DNA of 64,000 bases from an uncultured Planctomycetales bacterium (GCA_964572155.1 CAZNDZ010000002.1:147089-211088), one strand, 5' to 3'. Positions 45,008 to 57,500 are shown, counted from the stretch's first letter. Translations and numbers: made by a program. Notes: generated from the sequence alone by a model not told the origin.

Positions 45008-46396
45008 TTAATTTATTGTTACAATGCCTAATTCTTTCAACTGTTTTTTATCAACAAGGGATGGAGCTTCCGTCATTAAACATGTGCCCTTTTGTGTTTT
45101 AGGAAACGCGATACAATCCCGAATGCTTTCATTGCCGGTTAAAATGGTGATGATGCGGTCAATCCCATAAGCCACACCCGCATGCGGTGGCGCGCCATAT
45201 TCAAACGCTTGTAATAAGAAACCAAATCTAGATTGCGCTTCTTCTGGCGGAAGCCCTATGATATCAAAAATCTTTTGCTGCAATTCACGACGGTGAATAC
45301 GCACCGAACCTGAACCAATTTCATTACCATTTAAAACTAAATCATAACAACGGCCGCGTACTTTTTCATAGGCGCCACTTTCTAAATGTGGAATATCTTG
45401 AGGATTAACACCGGTAAATGGATGATGCTCACTGTCCCAACGCTTTTCATCAGCGTTATATTTCAATAATGGGAAATCAACCACCCATAAAAATGCAAAC
45501 TCTTTCGCATTGCTCTTATCCTGACGGATATCAGGCTTATCGCTATTATATTTCGCCATCGCCTCAGCATGTGTTAAGCGTGGGAATGGGATTGGTAAAT
45601 CAACATTTAATACGACTTTAAAAATGTATTGATATAAACGTTCGGTTAATGCATAAATAAATTCTTCATCCACAAAGGACATTTCCATATCCAGTTGGGT
45701 AAATTCTGGTTGACGATCCGCACGCAAATCTTCGTCGCGGAAACATTTAACAATTTGATAATAACGATCCATCCCTGAAACCATAAGGATTTGCTTAAAT
45801 AATTGTGGCGATTGTGGCAACGCATAAAATGACCCAGGGGTCAAACGGGACGGCACTAAGAAGTCGCGCGCACCTTCAGGTGTGGACTTGGTTAATACCG
45901 GCGTTTCAATTTCAGTAAATTTCTCGTTATTTAAAAACGAACGGATAGCTTGGCAAACTTTATGACGCAACACCAAGGCTTCTCTTACCTTACTGCGACG
46001 AATATCTAAATAGCGGTAGGTCAAACGGATATCTTCACCCGCTTCAATATGATCATCAATTTCAAAAACTGGCACTTTGGAAGGATTTAAAATTTCAAGT
46101 TCTTTGGCTAATAACTCAACATCACCCGTCGTAGAATCTGCATTCACATTTTTTGGTGGGCGAACACTCACAGAACCTTTGATTTTAACGACAAATTCTG
46201 GGCCTAATTTTTGTGCGAGCGTATGTGCATCCGGACTAACAGATGGAACAAAAACCACTTGGGTAATCCCATAGCGGTCACGCAAATCGATGAAAATCAA
46301 TTTACCCAAATCACGACGGCGATGAACCCAGCCACATAAAACAACTTCTTGATCTTTAAATGTCTTGTTTAATTCCCCACACGTATGCGTTCTCAT
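45008..46396 (-). CDS. aspS: Aspartate--tRNA ligase, a short form (462 aa) apparently lacking the bacterial GAD insertion domain.
   Basis: GWVHRRRDLGKLIFIDLRDRYG (anticodon-binding OB), FRDEDLRADRQPEFTQLDMEMSF (motif 2), GIDRIITILTGNESIRDCIAFPK (motif 3). Confidence 0.75.
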   Translation of the reverse strand: MRTHTCGELNKTFKDQEVVLCGWVHRRRDLGKLIFIDLRDRYGITQVVFVPSVSPDAHTLAQKLGPEFVVKIKGSVSVRPPKNVNADSTTGDVELLAKELEILNPSKVPVFEIDDHIEAGEDIRLTYRYLDIRRSKVREALVLRHKVCQAIRSFLNNEKFTEIETPVLTKSTPEGARDFLVPSRLTPGSFYALPQSPQLFKQILMVSGMDRYYQIVKCFRDEDLRADRQPEFTQLDMEMSFVDEEFIYALTERLYQYIFKVVLNVDLPIPFPRLTHAEAMAKYNSDKPDIRQDKSNAKEFAFLWVVDFPLLKYNADEKRWDSEHHPFTGVNPQDIPHLESGAYEKVRGRCYDLVLNGNEIGSGSVRIHRRELQQKIFDIIGLPPEEAQSRFGFLLQAFEYGAPPHAGVAYGIDRIITILTGNESIRDCIAFPKTQKGTCLMTEAPSLVDKKQLKELGIVTIN

Positions 46397-47652
46397 GCCA
46401 AAACCTTTCTAACGACCTCGCTTAAAGCAACCACCTCTTGGGTGGATGTTTGCATATTTTTTAAAGTGACCGTATTGCTCTTGATTTCATTTTCTCCAAG
46501 AATCAAAACAAAACGCGCATTTAATTTATTAGCACGATTCATTTGTGACTTCAAAGAACCCCCATTATAGCTTAAATCTGCAGAAATACCAGCGTGACGT
46601 AACACATCAAGCAAGGCAAAAGCTTGGGGCATATTGGGCTGATCCATGGCAATGACAAAAGCATCTAAACCTCGTGTTGACGCCTCACTTGCCCCCTTAG
46701 ACAATAATATACGCTCCATGCCTAAGGCAAATCCAATGGCACCAAAATCTGTTTTAGCATCGCCACCTAATTCATGCACCAAACCACTATACCGTCCACC
46801 CGCACCGATCGCATCTTGACTACCTAAACCACCGGCGGTGATTTCAAAAACCGTATGTGTATAATAATCAAGCCCTCGCACCAAATGCGGGGCAACATGA
46901 AATTCAATTTTCAAATCGGTTAATGTTTTTTGAACTGCTTTGAAATAATCTTGGGATGCTTGCGATAAGGGCAAATCTTTAACAAGCGTTGCCACCAATT
47001 TGCGACAACCTTCGACCTTGCAATCCAAAACACGAAACACATTGCGTTCAAAGCGCGCCTGACAATCTGGGCATAATTCAGCAGTATGCTTGGCAAATTC
47101 ACCACGCAACCAGTTTGAAATACGTTCTTTATCTTCTTTGGATCCTAATGAATTAATTTTTAAGCGAGGCTCTTTGACGCCAAAATCTTTGAGCATATGC
47201 ATGGCCAAACATAAAATTTCCGCATCTAAATAAGGCGATGCACTATTTGGCCCTATCGCTTCCACCCCAATTTGGTGGAATTGGCGCAATCGCCCTTTTT
47301 GTGGACGCTCGCCGCGAAACATAGGACCAATGTAATATAATTTTGAGAGGGCTTCTTTTTTATCTAGATTATTTTCAACGTAAGAACGCACGACCGCCGC
47401 CGTTCCTTCAGGGCGCAGGGCATAATGTTCATCACCTTGAGGGGCTAACAATAATAATTGTTTATTAACAACGTCGCTAGTTTGACCTAACGAACGCTTA
47501 AATAAACCGCTGTCTTCATAGATGGGGGTGCGAATTTCACAATAACCGTAAACGTGTAGAATGCGTCGGGCTTGAGATTCTAAAGTTTGCCAAGAAGAAA
47601 CGTCGTCTGCGATATCAGCTGTACCGCGCGGGGTTGCAAATTTGTTACTCAT
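46393..47652 (-). CDS. hisS: Histidine--tRNA ligase.
   Basis: GGRYSGLVHELGG and class IIa motifs. It overlaps aspS by 4 nt. Confidence 0.8.
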   Translation of the reverse strand: MSNKFATPRGTADIADDVSSWQTLESQARRILHVYGYCEIRTPIYEDSGLFKRSLGQTSDVVNKQLLLLAPQGDEHYALRPEGTAAVVRSYVENNLDKKEALSKLYYIGPMFRGERPQKGRLRQFHQIGVEAIGPNSASPYLDAEILCLAMHMLKDFGVKEPRLKINSLGSKEDKERISNWLRGEFAKHTAELCPDCQARFERNVFRVLDCKVEGCRKLVATLVKDLPLSQASQDYFKAVQKTLTDLKIEFHVAPHLVRGLDYYTHTVFEITAGGLGSQDAIGAGGRYSGLVHELGGDAKTDFGAIGFALGMERILLSKGASEASTRGLDAFVIAMDQPNMPQAFALLDVLRHAGISADLSYNGGSLKSQMNRANKLNARFVLILGENEIKSNTVTLKNMQTSTQEVVALSEVVRKVLA

Positions 47653-47921
47653 TTAACCTTGTGTTTCATCTCCAAACCAGATTTGAAAATAACCACTTTA
47701 CGAGGAGGCACAGGCACGCTTTCGCCGGTGCGGGGGTTACGACCAAAACGGGCGCGGCGTTCTTTGATCTTAAAGACACCAAAGTTACGCAATTCAACTT
47801 TTTCACCACGCATTAACGCTTCTACAATGACATCAAAGGTACGTTGCACGATCTTCTTGACATCAACCTGTTTAATACCCGTCGAGTCCGTAATCTTCAA
47901 CACAATATCTTTTTTAGTCAT
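47649..47921 (-). CDS. HU/IHF-family nucleoid-associated DNA-binding protein.
   Basis: RNFGVFKIKERRARFGRNPRTGESVPVPPRKVVIFKSG, the HU/IHF arm motif. Confidence 0.8.
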   Translation of the reverse strand: MTKKDIVLKITDSTGIKQVDVKKIVQRTFDVIVEALMRGEKVELRNFGVFKIKERRARFGRNPRTGESVPVPPRKVVIFKSGLEMKHKVK

Positions 47922-48023
47922 GCCGCTCTCCTAATATTTAACCCTTTAACGAAATTTACGTAACTATATTACAAACAATGACTTAGGATGTCAACTTTTT
48001 CTTCAGAAAAGCGTTATAAAAAT

Positions 48024-51000
48024 TTATAACACCAATTTGCAACGCTCTTTTCCAACTAAACTCTTAAGCTCCTCCATGAACACTTCCGATGGTGTCACAA
48101 AAAGTTCACGACCCACCATAACTTGAACTTTCTTATAATTGTTCGTATCAAGTTGTAGGTATACAGGCACTTTCCCAGGGAACATGGCTAAGCTAGCTTT
48201 TAATTGTTCGAATTCTACGTCTGTCTTGTTACACATATCAATATGCACCGCGGTGATCAAACCGTAAACTTCGTCGATGCCTGCCATTTCTTCAGCGATC
48301 ATCTTAGGCTCACCGTCTCTAAAGTTAACCTTGCCTTTAACAACGACCACCGCCGCATCTTTTAAATACGCAGATATCTTTTGATAGGCGGATGGAAAAA
48401 TAACCAACTCCATGTCACCTTCCATGTCCTCTAAACCAACGATGGCCATGCGTTCGTTGGTTTTTTTGGTCGTCGTGATTTTGATGGCTTTAATCAAAGC
48501 AATCAAACGCACCGCCGCACCATCGCGAGCGCCCTTGATCGTTGCCGTATTAAAATTAGTAAACTCTTTAATCTCCTCTTGATATCGTTCGAGCGGATGG
48601 CCACTTAAATAATAACCCAATAAGGTTTTTTCATTGGCGAGCAATTGAGCTTGCGGCCATTCAGGAATATCAGGCAGTGTTTCATTTTCTTTACCAAAGC
48701 CTTCTGCTTCATTGCCAAAAAAAGAGAATTGCCCAACCATGACTTCTTGTTGTTTCTTTGTGCCTGTATCAAACGCTTGGTCTAGCACGGCCATCAAACG
48801 CGCACGGCCTTCCTTAAAGCTATCCATGGAACCAGACTTAATCAAACTTTCAACGACTTTACGATTGTTCAAACGCAAATCTACCCGACGACAAAAATCA
48901 AAGATAGATTTAAATTTGCCATGCGCTTGCCGTTCTTTCACAATGGTCTCAATGGCAAGCCCGCCGATATTCTTAACCGCCAGTAAACCATATCGAATTT
49001 CTGAGGGACTGGTGACTGTAAACTGCGCATAACTTTCATTCACATCAGGCGGCATCACCGTAATGCCCATGGGTTTACATTCACCGACGTAATCAACCAC
49101 TTTGTCAGTATTATCACGTTCCGAGGTTAATAAGGCGCACATAAATTCTGTTGGATAATTGGCTTTTAAATACGCTGTGCGATAGGTGATCATCGCATAC
49201 GCCGCTGAGTGACTGCGATTAAACCCATAGCCGGCAAAGTAATCGATCAAATCAAAAAGTTTGTTGGCTTCATCGGCACTGATCTTGGTTTTCTTATCGC
49301 AACCATCAACGAAATAACTACGCATCTTGGCCATTTCTTCAGGTATTTTCTTACCCATGGCCTTGCGCAAATCATCAGCCTGCGCCATATCAAAACCCGC
49401 TAACGTCGAGGCAATTTGCATGACCTGCTCTTGATAGAGAATGATTCCGTAGGTGGTCTTTAAAACATCTTCGAGATTTGGATGCGGGTATACCACCTTC
49501 TTCTCACCACGCTTATTCTTGATAAAATCATCGAGCATCCCGCTACCCATAGGCCCAGGGCGATACAAAGCTAAAATAGCAATTAGATCTTCGAATTCAG
49601 AGGGCTTCATCTTCTTTAAAAGATCACGCATGCCCCCACTTTCCAGTTGAAACACACCCAAGGCATTGGCTTGCCCCAACATCTCAAATGTTTTCTTATC
49701 ATCTAAGGGGATCGTATCAATATTGATATCAATGCCGCGATGTTTCTTAATGAGCTTGATGGCATCGACGATAACGGTCAACGTGCGCAGCCCCAAGAAA
49801 TCCATCTTAAGCAAACCAATCTTGGAAATACCGTCCATGTCAAAGGCTGTGGTGATTTGCCCGTCAGAGCTTTTAAACAACGGCACATATTCCGTTAATG
49901 GCTTATCAGAGATCACAACCCCAGCCGCATGGATTGAGGCATGACGGTTTAGCCCTTCTAAAACCTGCGCGGTTTCCAATAATTGACGTGCGGCATTATC
50001 GGTATCACTGAGTTCTTTTAATTGAGGCTCAACTTCCAAAGATTTTTTTAATGTGATGCCAAGGTCATTGGGGATTAATTTAGCAATGCGATCCACATCC
50101 GCATACGCCATGCCCATGGCCCGACCCACGTCGCGCACTGCCGCTTTTGCTTGCATGGATCCAAAGGTGATGATTTGAGCGACATTGCTTGAGCCGTATT
50201 TTTTAGTCACATAATCTATAACCTCTCCCCGACGCTCATAACAGAAATCAATATCAATATCCGGCATGCTCCGACGTCCAGGATTAAGGAAACGCTCGAA
50301 TAGTAAACCATACTTAATCGGATCAAGATCCGTAATGCCAAGCAAATAACTAACCAAGCTCCCTGCCGCTGAACCACGCCCAGGACCTACAGGAATACCT
50401 TTGCTCTTGGCATAATGAATAAAATCCCAGACAATTAGAAAATAGCTAACAAAGCCCATATCTTCGATCGTCGTCATTTCATGCAATAAACGTTTTTCTA
50501 GCTCAGGGGTTGTGGCACCATAACGCGCAATTAAACCTTCTTGACACAATTGTTTTAAATAATCATTGGGTGTTAAACCTTTGGGCGCTGTATATACAGG
50601 CAAATGATATTGGCTAAAATCAATTTTTACATTGCACTGCTCAGCCACCGTTAACGTATTGGCCAAAGCCTCTGGCAAATGCACAAAAGCCGCGCCCATT
50701 TCAATTTGAGATTTAAAATAAAATTGATCCGTGCCAAACTTCATATGATTGGCATCCTGCATGGTCGCCTGCGTTTGAACACACAACAGAATTTCATGAG
50801 CGGTTGACTGTTGATGCTCAACGTAATGCACGTCGTTGGTGGCAATTAAAGGCAAATCTAAACGCTTGGCAATATCTACCAATTGCACATTGATATGCTT
50901 TTGTTCTTTAAGCCCATGATCCATCACTTCAATGTAATATTGACCTCGAGGAAAAATTTGCTTGTACTCATCAGCAACCCGCAATGCCGCTTCAAAGTTC

Positions 51001-51452
51001 CCACGCAATAAATGCGAACACACCTCTCCTTTAAGACACCCTGAAGTACCAATCAAACCCGCCGCATGTGACGCTAAAATTTCTTTATCAATGCGTGGTT
51101 TATAATAAAACCCTTCGATATAGGCGGCGGAAACCAATTTCATCAAATTTCCATAGCCTGTATTATCTGCGGCCAATAACGTTAAATGGCAAATTTGCTT
51201 TTGATCGGTATTCTTTTCGTGACGACTTCCGGGAGTAATATAGGTTTCACAACCAATAATGGGCTTGATATTATTTTTCTTACAGGCTTGATAGAAATCG
51301 ATAGCGCCAAACATGTTGCCATGATCGGTCATGGCCAACGCCGTCATGTTCATGGACGCAGCTTTTTTAACCAATTCATTAATACGGCAGGCGCCGTCTA
51401 GGAGCGAATATTGGGTATGGACGTGAAGATGGACGAATTCGGTTGAACTCAT
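48024..51452 (-). CDS. dnaE: DNA polymerase III alpha subunit.
   Basis: The PHP domain begins at the N-terminus (FVHLHVHTQYSLLDGA), and the length and motifs are typical. The ORF track starts at a TTG at 51458, but the ATG at 51452 gives the canonical N-terminus. Confidence 0.85.
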   Translation of the reverse strand: MSSTEFVHLHVHTQYSLLDGACRINELVKKAASMNMTALAMTDHGNMFGAIDFYQACKKNNIKPIIGCETYITPGSRHEKNTDQKQICHLTLLAADNTGYGNLMKLVSAAYIEGFYYKPRIDKEILASHAAGLIGTSGCLKGEVCSHLLRGNFEAALRVADEYKQIFPRGQYYIEVMDHGLKEQKHINVQLVDIAKRLDLPLIATNDVHYVEHQQSTAHEILLCVQTQATMQDANHMKFGTDQFYFKSQIEMGAAFVHLPEALANTLTVAEQCNVKIDFSQYHLPVYTAPKGLTPNDYLKQLCQEGLIARYGATTPELEKRLLHEMTTIEDMGFVSYFLIVWDFIHYAKSKGIPVGPGRGSAAGSLVSYLLGITDLDPIKYGLLFERFLNPGRRSMPDIDIDFCYERRGEVIDYVTKKYGSSNVAQIITFGSMQAKAAVRDVGRAMGMAYADVDRIAKLIPNDLGITLKKSLEVEPQLKELSDTDNAARQLLETAQVLEGLNRHASIHAAGVVISDKPLTEYVPLFKSSDGQITTAFDMDGISKIGLLKMDFLGLRTLTVIVDAIKLIKKHRGIDINIDTIPLDDKKTFEMLGQANALGVFQLESGGMRDLLKKMKPSEFEDLIAILALYRPGPMGSGMLDDFIKNKRGEKKVVYPHPNLEDVLKTTYGIILYQEQVMQIASTLAGFDMAQADDLRKAMGKKIPEEMAKMRSYFVDGCDKKTKISADEANKLFDLIDYFAGYGFNRSHSAAYAMITYRTAYLKANYPTEFMCALLTSERDNTDKVVDYVGECKPMGITVMPPDVNESYAQFTVTSPSEIRYGLLAVKNIGGLAIETIVKERQAHGKFKSIFDFCRRVDLRLNNRKVVESLIKSGSMDSFKEGRARLMAVLDQAFDTGTKKQQEVMVGQFSFFGNEAEGFGKENETLPDIPEWPQAQLLANEKTLLGYYLSGHPLERYQEEIKEFTNFNTATIKGARDGAAVRLIALIKAIKITTTKKTNERMAIVGLEDMEGDMELVIFPSAYQKISAYLKDAAVVVVKGKVNFRDGEPKMIAEEMAGIDEVYGLITAVHIDMCNKTDVEFEQLKASLAMFPGKVPVYLQLDTNNYKKVQVMVGRELFVTPSEVFMEELKSLVGKERCKLVL

Positions 51453-51529
51453 GATCAAATAAAAAGGCCTTAAGGGTTAAAGAATAAACACTACTTTAAC
51501 ACTTAAGGCCTTGAAGAATCAACGATTAA

Positions 51530-53233
51530 TTATTCCCATTCTATCGTCGCTGGTGGTTTTGATGAGATATCATACACCACGCGGTTAACACCTTTTACTT
51601 CATTGATGATGCGGTTTGAAATGCGTCCCAAAACTTCTGGCGGGATGATCGCCCAATCTGCGGTCATGCCATCAGTACTGGTGACGGCACGTACGGCAAT
51701 GACATTTTCATAGGTGCGCTGATCGCCCATGACACCAACGGTCTTGATTGGCAACAACACGGCAAAAGCTTGCCAGATGTCATTGTAAAGATTTGCTTTC
51801 TTGATTTCATCCATGACGCGCTCATCTGCTTCACGTAAGATTTCCAAACGTTCTTTGGTGACTTCACCAATAACACGGATCGCCAGACCTGGGCCTGGGA
51901 ATGGTTGACGCTTGAGCACACCTTCTGGCATTTGTAAAACTTTACCAATCAAACGCACTTCATCTTTAAATAATTCACGCAATGGTTCAACCAATTTAAA
52001 CTTCATGTCTTTTGGTAAACCACCGACATTATGATGGCTCTTGATAACAGCCGTTGGCCCGCCATGTGCCGCGACAGATTCAATCACGTCGGGATACAAT
52101 GTACCTTGACCTAAGAATTCAACACCCTTGATGCGCTTTGCGCCATCTTGGAAAACCTTGATGAATTCATCGCCGATCGCTTTACGTTTTTCTTCAGGGT
52201 CTGTGACGCCTTTTAAACGTTCCAAGAAACGTTTTTCAGCATCTACGACGTGTAAATTCATTTTAAAATGTCCCTTGAAGGTACGGACAACGGCCGCAGC
52301 TTCATTAGAACGTAACAATCCATTATCAACAAACACGCAATACAATTTACTGCCAATGGCTTTCTGCAATAACACAGCCGCCACCGCAGAATCCACACCA
52401 CCACTTAAACCTAAAACAACCTTCTTACCACCAACTAATTCCTTAATCTGATTTACAGAAGCGGTGATAAAACGATCCATGGTCCAGCGTGGTAAACACC
52501 CGCAAATGGTGTATGCAAAGTTTTGTAACACTTGCAGGCCGCGTTGCGTATGAATAACTTCTGGATGGAATTGAACACCAAAAATTTTCTTATTGCGATT
52601 CGCAATCGCTGCGTTAGCCGCATTTAAGGTGTGTGCAATCTTGATAAAACCTGGAGGAACAGCAGCTATTTCATCGCCGTGACTCATCCAGCAGGTTAAG
52701 TTAGTTGAAAGATTTGTAAACAAATCTTTATTGCTATCGATAAACAATTCAGCCTTACCATATTCACGGTCTTTCGCTTTACCAACTTTACCGCCGAACA
52801 TATGGGTGATGACTTGCATCCCATAACAAATACCTAAAATCGGTATGCCTAATTTGTAAATTTCTGGATTTGGTAATGGCGCATTCTTTTCGAATACACT
52901 TTGTGGTCCACCTGAGAAAATGATCCCCTTTGGATAGATCTCTTTGATCTTTTCCATTGAGATATCATAAGGAACGATTTGACTGAAAACCTTGCTCTCG
53001 CGAATGCGGCGTGCAATCAATTGTGTATATTGTGAACCAAAATCTAAGATCAAGATAACATCACGATTGCGTTGCTTTCTAACCTCCATCGGGATAATCT
53101 TGGCTTGAGAACGCAACTTGATCGGCTTCATCAACCCATGCATGGATTTCTTTTTAGCCTTCTTAAATGGTTCTCTTGTCGAGATTGGTTTCTTAACAGC
53201 TTTACCTGTTTTCTTAACGGCTTTTTTCGCCAT
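51530..53233 (-). CDS. guaA: GMP synthase (glutamine-hydrolysing) with an N-terminal Lys/Ala-rich basic extension of about 50 aa.
   Basis: [24 protein letters not shown], and the ATP pyrophosphatase SGGVDSAV. A strong SD (AAGGAG) sits 7 nt before the first ATG, so the extension [29 protein letters not shown] is likely real. Confidence 0.85.
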   Translation of the reverse strand: MAKKAVKKTGKAVKKPISTREPFKKAKKKSMHGLMKPIKLRSQAKIIPMEVRKQRNRDVILILDFGSQYTQLIARRIRESKVFSQIVPYDISMEKIKEIYPKGIIFSGGPQSVFEKNAPLPNPEIYKLGIPILGICYGMQVITHMFGGKVGKAKDREYGKAELFIDSNKDLFTNLSTNLTCWMSHGDEIAAVPPGFIKIAHTLNAANAAIANRNKKIFGVQFHPEVIHTQRGLQVLQNFAYTICGCLPRWTMDRFITASVNQIKELVGGKKVVLGLSGGVDSAVAAVLLQKAIGSKLYCVFVDNGLLRSNEAAAVVRTFKGHFKMNLHVVDAEKRFLERLKGVTDPEEKRKAIGDEFIKVFQDGAKRIKGVEFLGQGTLYPDVIESVAAHGGPTAVIKSHHNVGGLPKDMKFKLVEPLRELFKDEVRLIGKVLQMPEGVLKRQPFPGPGLAIRVIGEVTKERLEILREADERVMDEIKKANLYNDIWQAFAVLLPIKTVGVMGDQRTYENVIAVRAVTSTDGMTADWAIIPPEVLGRISNRIINEVKGVNRVVYDISSKPPATIEWE

Positions 53234-53244
53234 TCGTTAACTCC

Positions 53245-54414
53245 TTATTTACCCATACCGACGCGTTGGCCGATTTGGAAGACTTTGCCTTCGGTTTGAA
53301 TAGACGGTGCTAAGATGATTTCAACATCTTGCATTTCTTTAATATTGCTAGCGCCAAGTGACCCCATCGAAGTCTTAAGAGCACCAACTAAATTTTGTGA
53401 ACCGTCATCCACCTTGGCAGGTCCCATTAAAATTTCTTTTAAGGTGCCGCTTGTTCCAACCCTAACCCGTGTCCCACGTGGCAAGTTCGCATGTGAGGTC
53501 GCCATGCCCCAATGATATCCACGACCTGGTGCTTCTTCTGCCTTTGCAAAAGCAGAACCCACCATGACCGCGTCTGAACCTGCTGCAAATGCCTTACAAA
53601 TCTCGCCGCCGATGCGCATACCCCCGTCAGTAATAATTGGAATATACTTGCCCTTACGTTTGAAATAATAGTCGCGTGCTGCAGCGCAATCGACTGTGGC
53701 CGTGATTTGTGGCACCCCTAAGCCCAGCACCCCGCGCGATGTACACGCGGCACCAGGACCAATACCAACTAAAACTGCAGAAGCACCAATTTCCATAAGC
53801 TCTAATGTCACATCATAGGAAACAGTATTTCCGACGATGATAGGAATTTTGGCGTTCTTACAAAATTTTTCAATATCCATGATTTTATATTCAGAAGAAA
53901 CGTGACGCACCGTCGCAACAGTTGATTGCACGATAAAAATATCAGCACCTGCGGCAACAGCGATTTTGGAAAATTGTTCTGCGTTTTGTGGGATACAGCT
54001 GACCACAGCAGGAACTTTTGCTTTCTTAATTTCTTCGATGCGTTTGGCAATGAGCTTTTCTTTGACAGGAAATTTCTTAGCATCATACAAACTTTGAACA
54101 AGCTTAGTTGCTTCTTCAGGAGACGCGTTGGCGATTTGATCTAAGATGTCGGAAGGATTATCATAACGGGTTTGAATGCCATCTAAATTAAGAACGGCAA
54201 TACCGCCCAATTTACCCATGGCGATAGCAAAGTTAACATCTACGACCCCATCCATAGAAGCGGCTAATATCGGCACATCAAATTTATGCTTTCCAATGCG
54301 AACACTGGTATCGACTTCATTGGGATTGACCGTACGATCACCTGGAACTAGCGCAACTTCATCAAATCCGTAACAACGTCTGGCACGTCTGTTTATCCCG
54401 ATCCAATCAGCCAT
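53245..54414 (-). CDS. IMP dehydrogenase / GMP reductase family protein (CBS-less, guaB-like).
   Basis: TIM-barrel IMPDH motifs with the catalytic Cys in GIGPGAACTSRGVLGLGVPQ. It is 389 aa with no CBS pair, and lies adjacent to guaA. Confidence 0.7.
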   Translation of the reverse strand: MADWIGINRRARRCYGFDEVALVPGDRTVNPNEVDTSVRIGKHKFDVPILAASMDGVVDVNFAIAMGKLGGIAVLNLDGIQTRYDNPSDILDQIANASPEEATKLVQSLYDAKKFPVKEKLIAKRIEEIKKAKVPAVVSCIPQNAEQFSKIAVAAGADIFIVQSTVATVRHVSSEYKIMDIEKFCKNAKIPIIVGNTVSYDVTLELMEIGASAVLVGIGPGAACTSRGVLGLGVPQITATVDCAAARDYYFKRKGKYIPIITDGGMRIGGEICKAFAAGSDAVMVGSAFAKAEEAPGRGYHWGMATSHANLPRGTRVRVGTSGTLKEILMGPAKVDDGSQNLVGALKTSMGSLGASNIKEMQDVEIILAPSIQTEGKVFQIGQRVGMGK

Positions 54415-54552
54415 TTTCTATAACCTCCGTAGTTTCAAAAAGATACAAACTAATTAAAATCTTGGAAATTTAGGTGTAGAATAAATTTGAAGCGCAATTA
54501 TACAGCGGAATAGCGAAAATGTCAATCCTTTTAAAAAAGCGACAGTCACCTT

Positions 54553-57500
54553 TTACCGGATCACTTGCTGCAGATTTTCAATAGGAACGATGTTGATAAT
54601 TTTACCTTGTAACCCCGAAAGCCCTTGCAACACTCGCTCTAAAGCCCCATCAACCATATCAACAGCCTCAAAATACCCTTCTTTATTAATAAAGATCCTT
54701 TTACTTAAGTCAATACCACCTTTTAACATGGCCGAGTCACTGGTTGAAACAACTTGCAATGCTTTCATTAATTCATCCTTCAATTGCTCCATAAAACGAT
54801 TCGAACGTTTATATTTTGCTAACTCCGAAACTCTTTCATCTCGGATTTCATCAAATTTACTTGCCACCATAACTTGAGCAGATTGACCAGTAAATAGTTT
54901 TAGAAGATATGACCTAAAATGACCATTTTGATGATGCCCTAAAAATGCATCATACCCATACATTTCCTCTAACCTTGATGCTTCCTCAATAAATCCAACT
55001 AACCCTTTTTGGGGCGCTTGAAAATCCCCTTGACCAACAACAGAAAATCTAAAACTACGATTATCTTGATCCCTATCATCAAACAAAACAGCCCGCACAT
55101 CTGCTCCACCTTGTTTAACAACGCTAGCGATGATATTATTAATATCCTTCTGATCTTTAAGATTATTATTCTCTTGGCGTTCTATTTCTTTATCGTAGGC
55201 CTCTAGATTTGCTGCCGATGTATTTAAATAATGCATGATACGTATAAGCCGAGGAGACAACGCGGCTTGCTTATAAAATTCATTATGCCCTTGATCTTCT
55301 TCCCATAAATTAATAATGGGTTGAAATACTGTATTCCACCAGGAAGAATCTGTATCTTCCTCAGGTACAAATGTTTGACCAGGAACCAAGCCACCCGTCA
55401 CAATATTCCCTTCATTTGTTCCTGCTTGGAGGCTTCCATTAGAAAATGGATCTTCTTCTGTAAACTCATTAGCCCCCGTACCTTTTATAGAAGGCATTAC
55501 TTTTACATTCGTAGCACCAAGAAGCGCCACTTTTTGATCTGCTGTAAATTTGTCCACAAAATAAAACTTTCCAGGATATTTGGTTGGATTTTCTTTCTTT
55601 AGGCGCCAAATTTCTTCTTCCACACCCATAAAATGTTCCCTTGAAGCATCACTCACTTTTCCTTGATAATTATTCATTAAAACAAGATTAACCCCACGTT
55701 TCACCATTCTCTCAATATTATCAAACACAAAAGCAGTCCGAGCCCCATCCTTCTCAGGAACACCTCTCCTAGCATTACCAATCATTAAAGCATCCATGTC
55801 AATCTCAATGAGCCTATTACTAGCTGATCTAACCCCAATGCTATTAAAATATTTTCTTGTTTCTATTTTTGTTCTTGCAATCTGATGACCTGTTGGCCGA
55901 TCAACATCACCTTTTGGAAATAAGATTCTAAACTCATTTCTAAATATTTTTCCCATCTCTTCTGGATCAGCCCCATTGGATAAAGCCGTCAAACTAGCAC
56001 GAGGATCATACGGATTCACATTATCTCGGTGCATATCACTGACAGCACCTCCAACATCCGCCAAATTAACGCCCGCGCTTGTGTGATCCATTTTTCCAAC
56101 CCGTCTAAATACATTTAAAAACTTTGGTTTAATCCCCATCATATGTTTAGCAAAAACTTCCAATCCCCAATCAATCGCATTATCTCCACGGTTAGCATAC
56201 GTATGCGTAGTATAAGCAAAGAATGTGTTCTTGATCGCTTGATTTGTACTAAAATCATCCCTGCTCATAATCTTGGCCTGCAAAGGAGCAAATTGACCGT
56301 CATTGCTATGAATGATCGATGGTTTCCAATTTTCTTTTTGCGTTGACATACGTTGTTGCTCTAAATATTCATGTAAGATGGATGTGGCTGTTACAATGAA
56401 AGCCATGGATCGTTGTTTACTAATAGGATTATGAACGGGATCATCATAATTATATAACATCTTGGTAAAATATGAGCTACCGTCAGGCAACTCATCTTTA
56501 AACAAATACACTGGAACCCCATTTTGATCTAAGCCCTTTGCTACAACGATTTTTACAGTAACTTTATCATTTGCTTCTGTTTCTAAACCCGAGACAGAAG
56601 TACCCGACTCTATCCCTATTTTAACATCTCTAAACGTAACAAAATTCTCATCAATATCTGTTAAACCCATTTCATGATAATCTAATTTTGTCGGATTTCC
56701 CTTAATATCCAAAATATCTCGACGATATTGATACCAAGGTTCTATAAAACTAACTTGAGCTCCTAAAGATTTCATACCTTTACCTAAAAACTTCATCACA
56801 GGCCCCAAGCCACCTGCCCAGTGGTGAATTTCAGCAGCTGTTAAATAAACCATACGCCCTTCTAGATGTGGTGCCTGTTGTTTGAGCCAAAGTTTTGAAT
56901 TAAACCTATTATTCATAAGCAAAATAGCATCTAAAAGCCGTGGCCTACGCTTTATTTCATTAGGGCTATACTCATCTTCTATTGCTTGAATAATTTGTTG
57001 CTCTTGCTTTCTTGTCATCAGTACAATTGCTTTTAAAACTGGCCAAGAAGATTGCACAGGATATAGCACAGACTCCTGTACTTGTTTAGCATAGTCGCTG
57101 ATTAAAACCCTCCATTTATCTTGCACCAAATCACCCTTTACAAATAAATTCTCAAGCCTTCGCTTAATTTCAAATGGAAATGATAAATCATTCCACTTAG
57201 CATAGCTTATTGGCTCATATTCTTTTTGAATCTCCTGTGCCATGGCCATATCCACAGCAACAACATAATGTTCTCTGGGTTCTTCGGTGGCTGATGCCAT
57301 TACTAATGAAACATTTTGTCGACGGATATGTTGATTAGAAAATCCGCCAGAAAAATATTTTCTAGGGATTGGCGTTTTAGATAAATGGTCGGTTTCTTCT
57401 TTAATAAAATTAAACACGCCTTTTTTATAAGCTTGCAAATATTGTTGATAGATAACCTCTTTGTTTTTAGGGTCATTGGAATCAATGCCCGCGACTTTAC

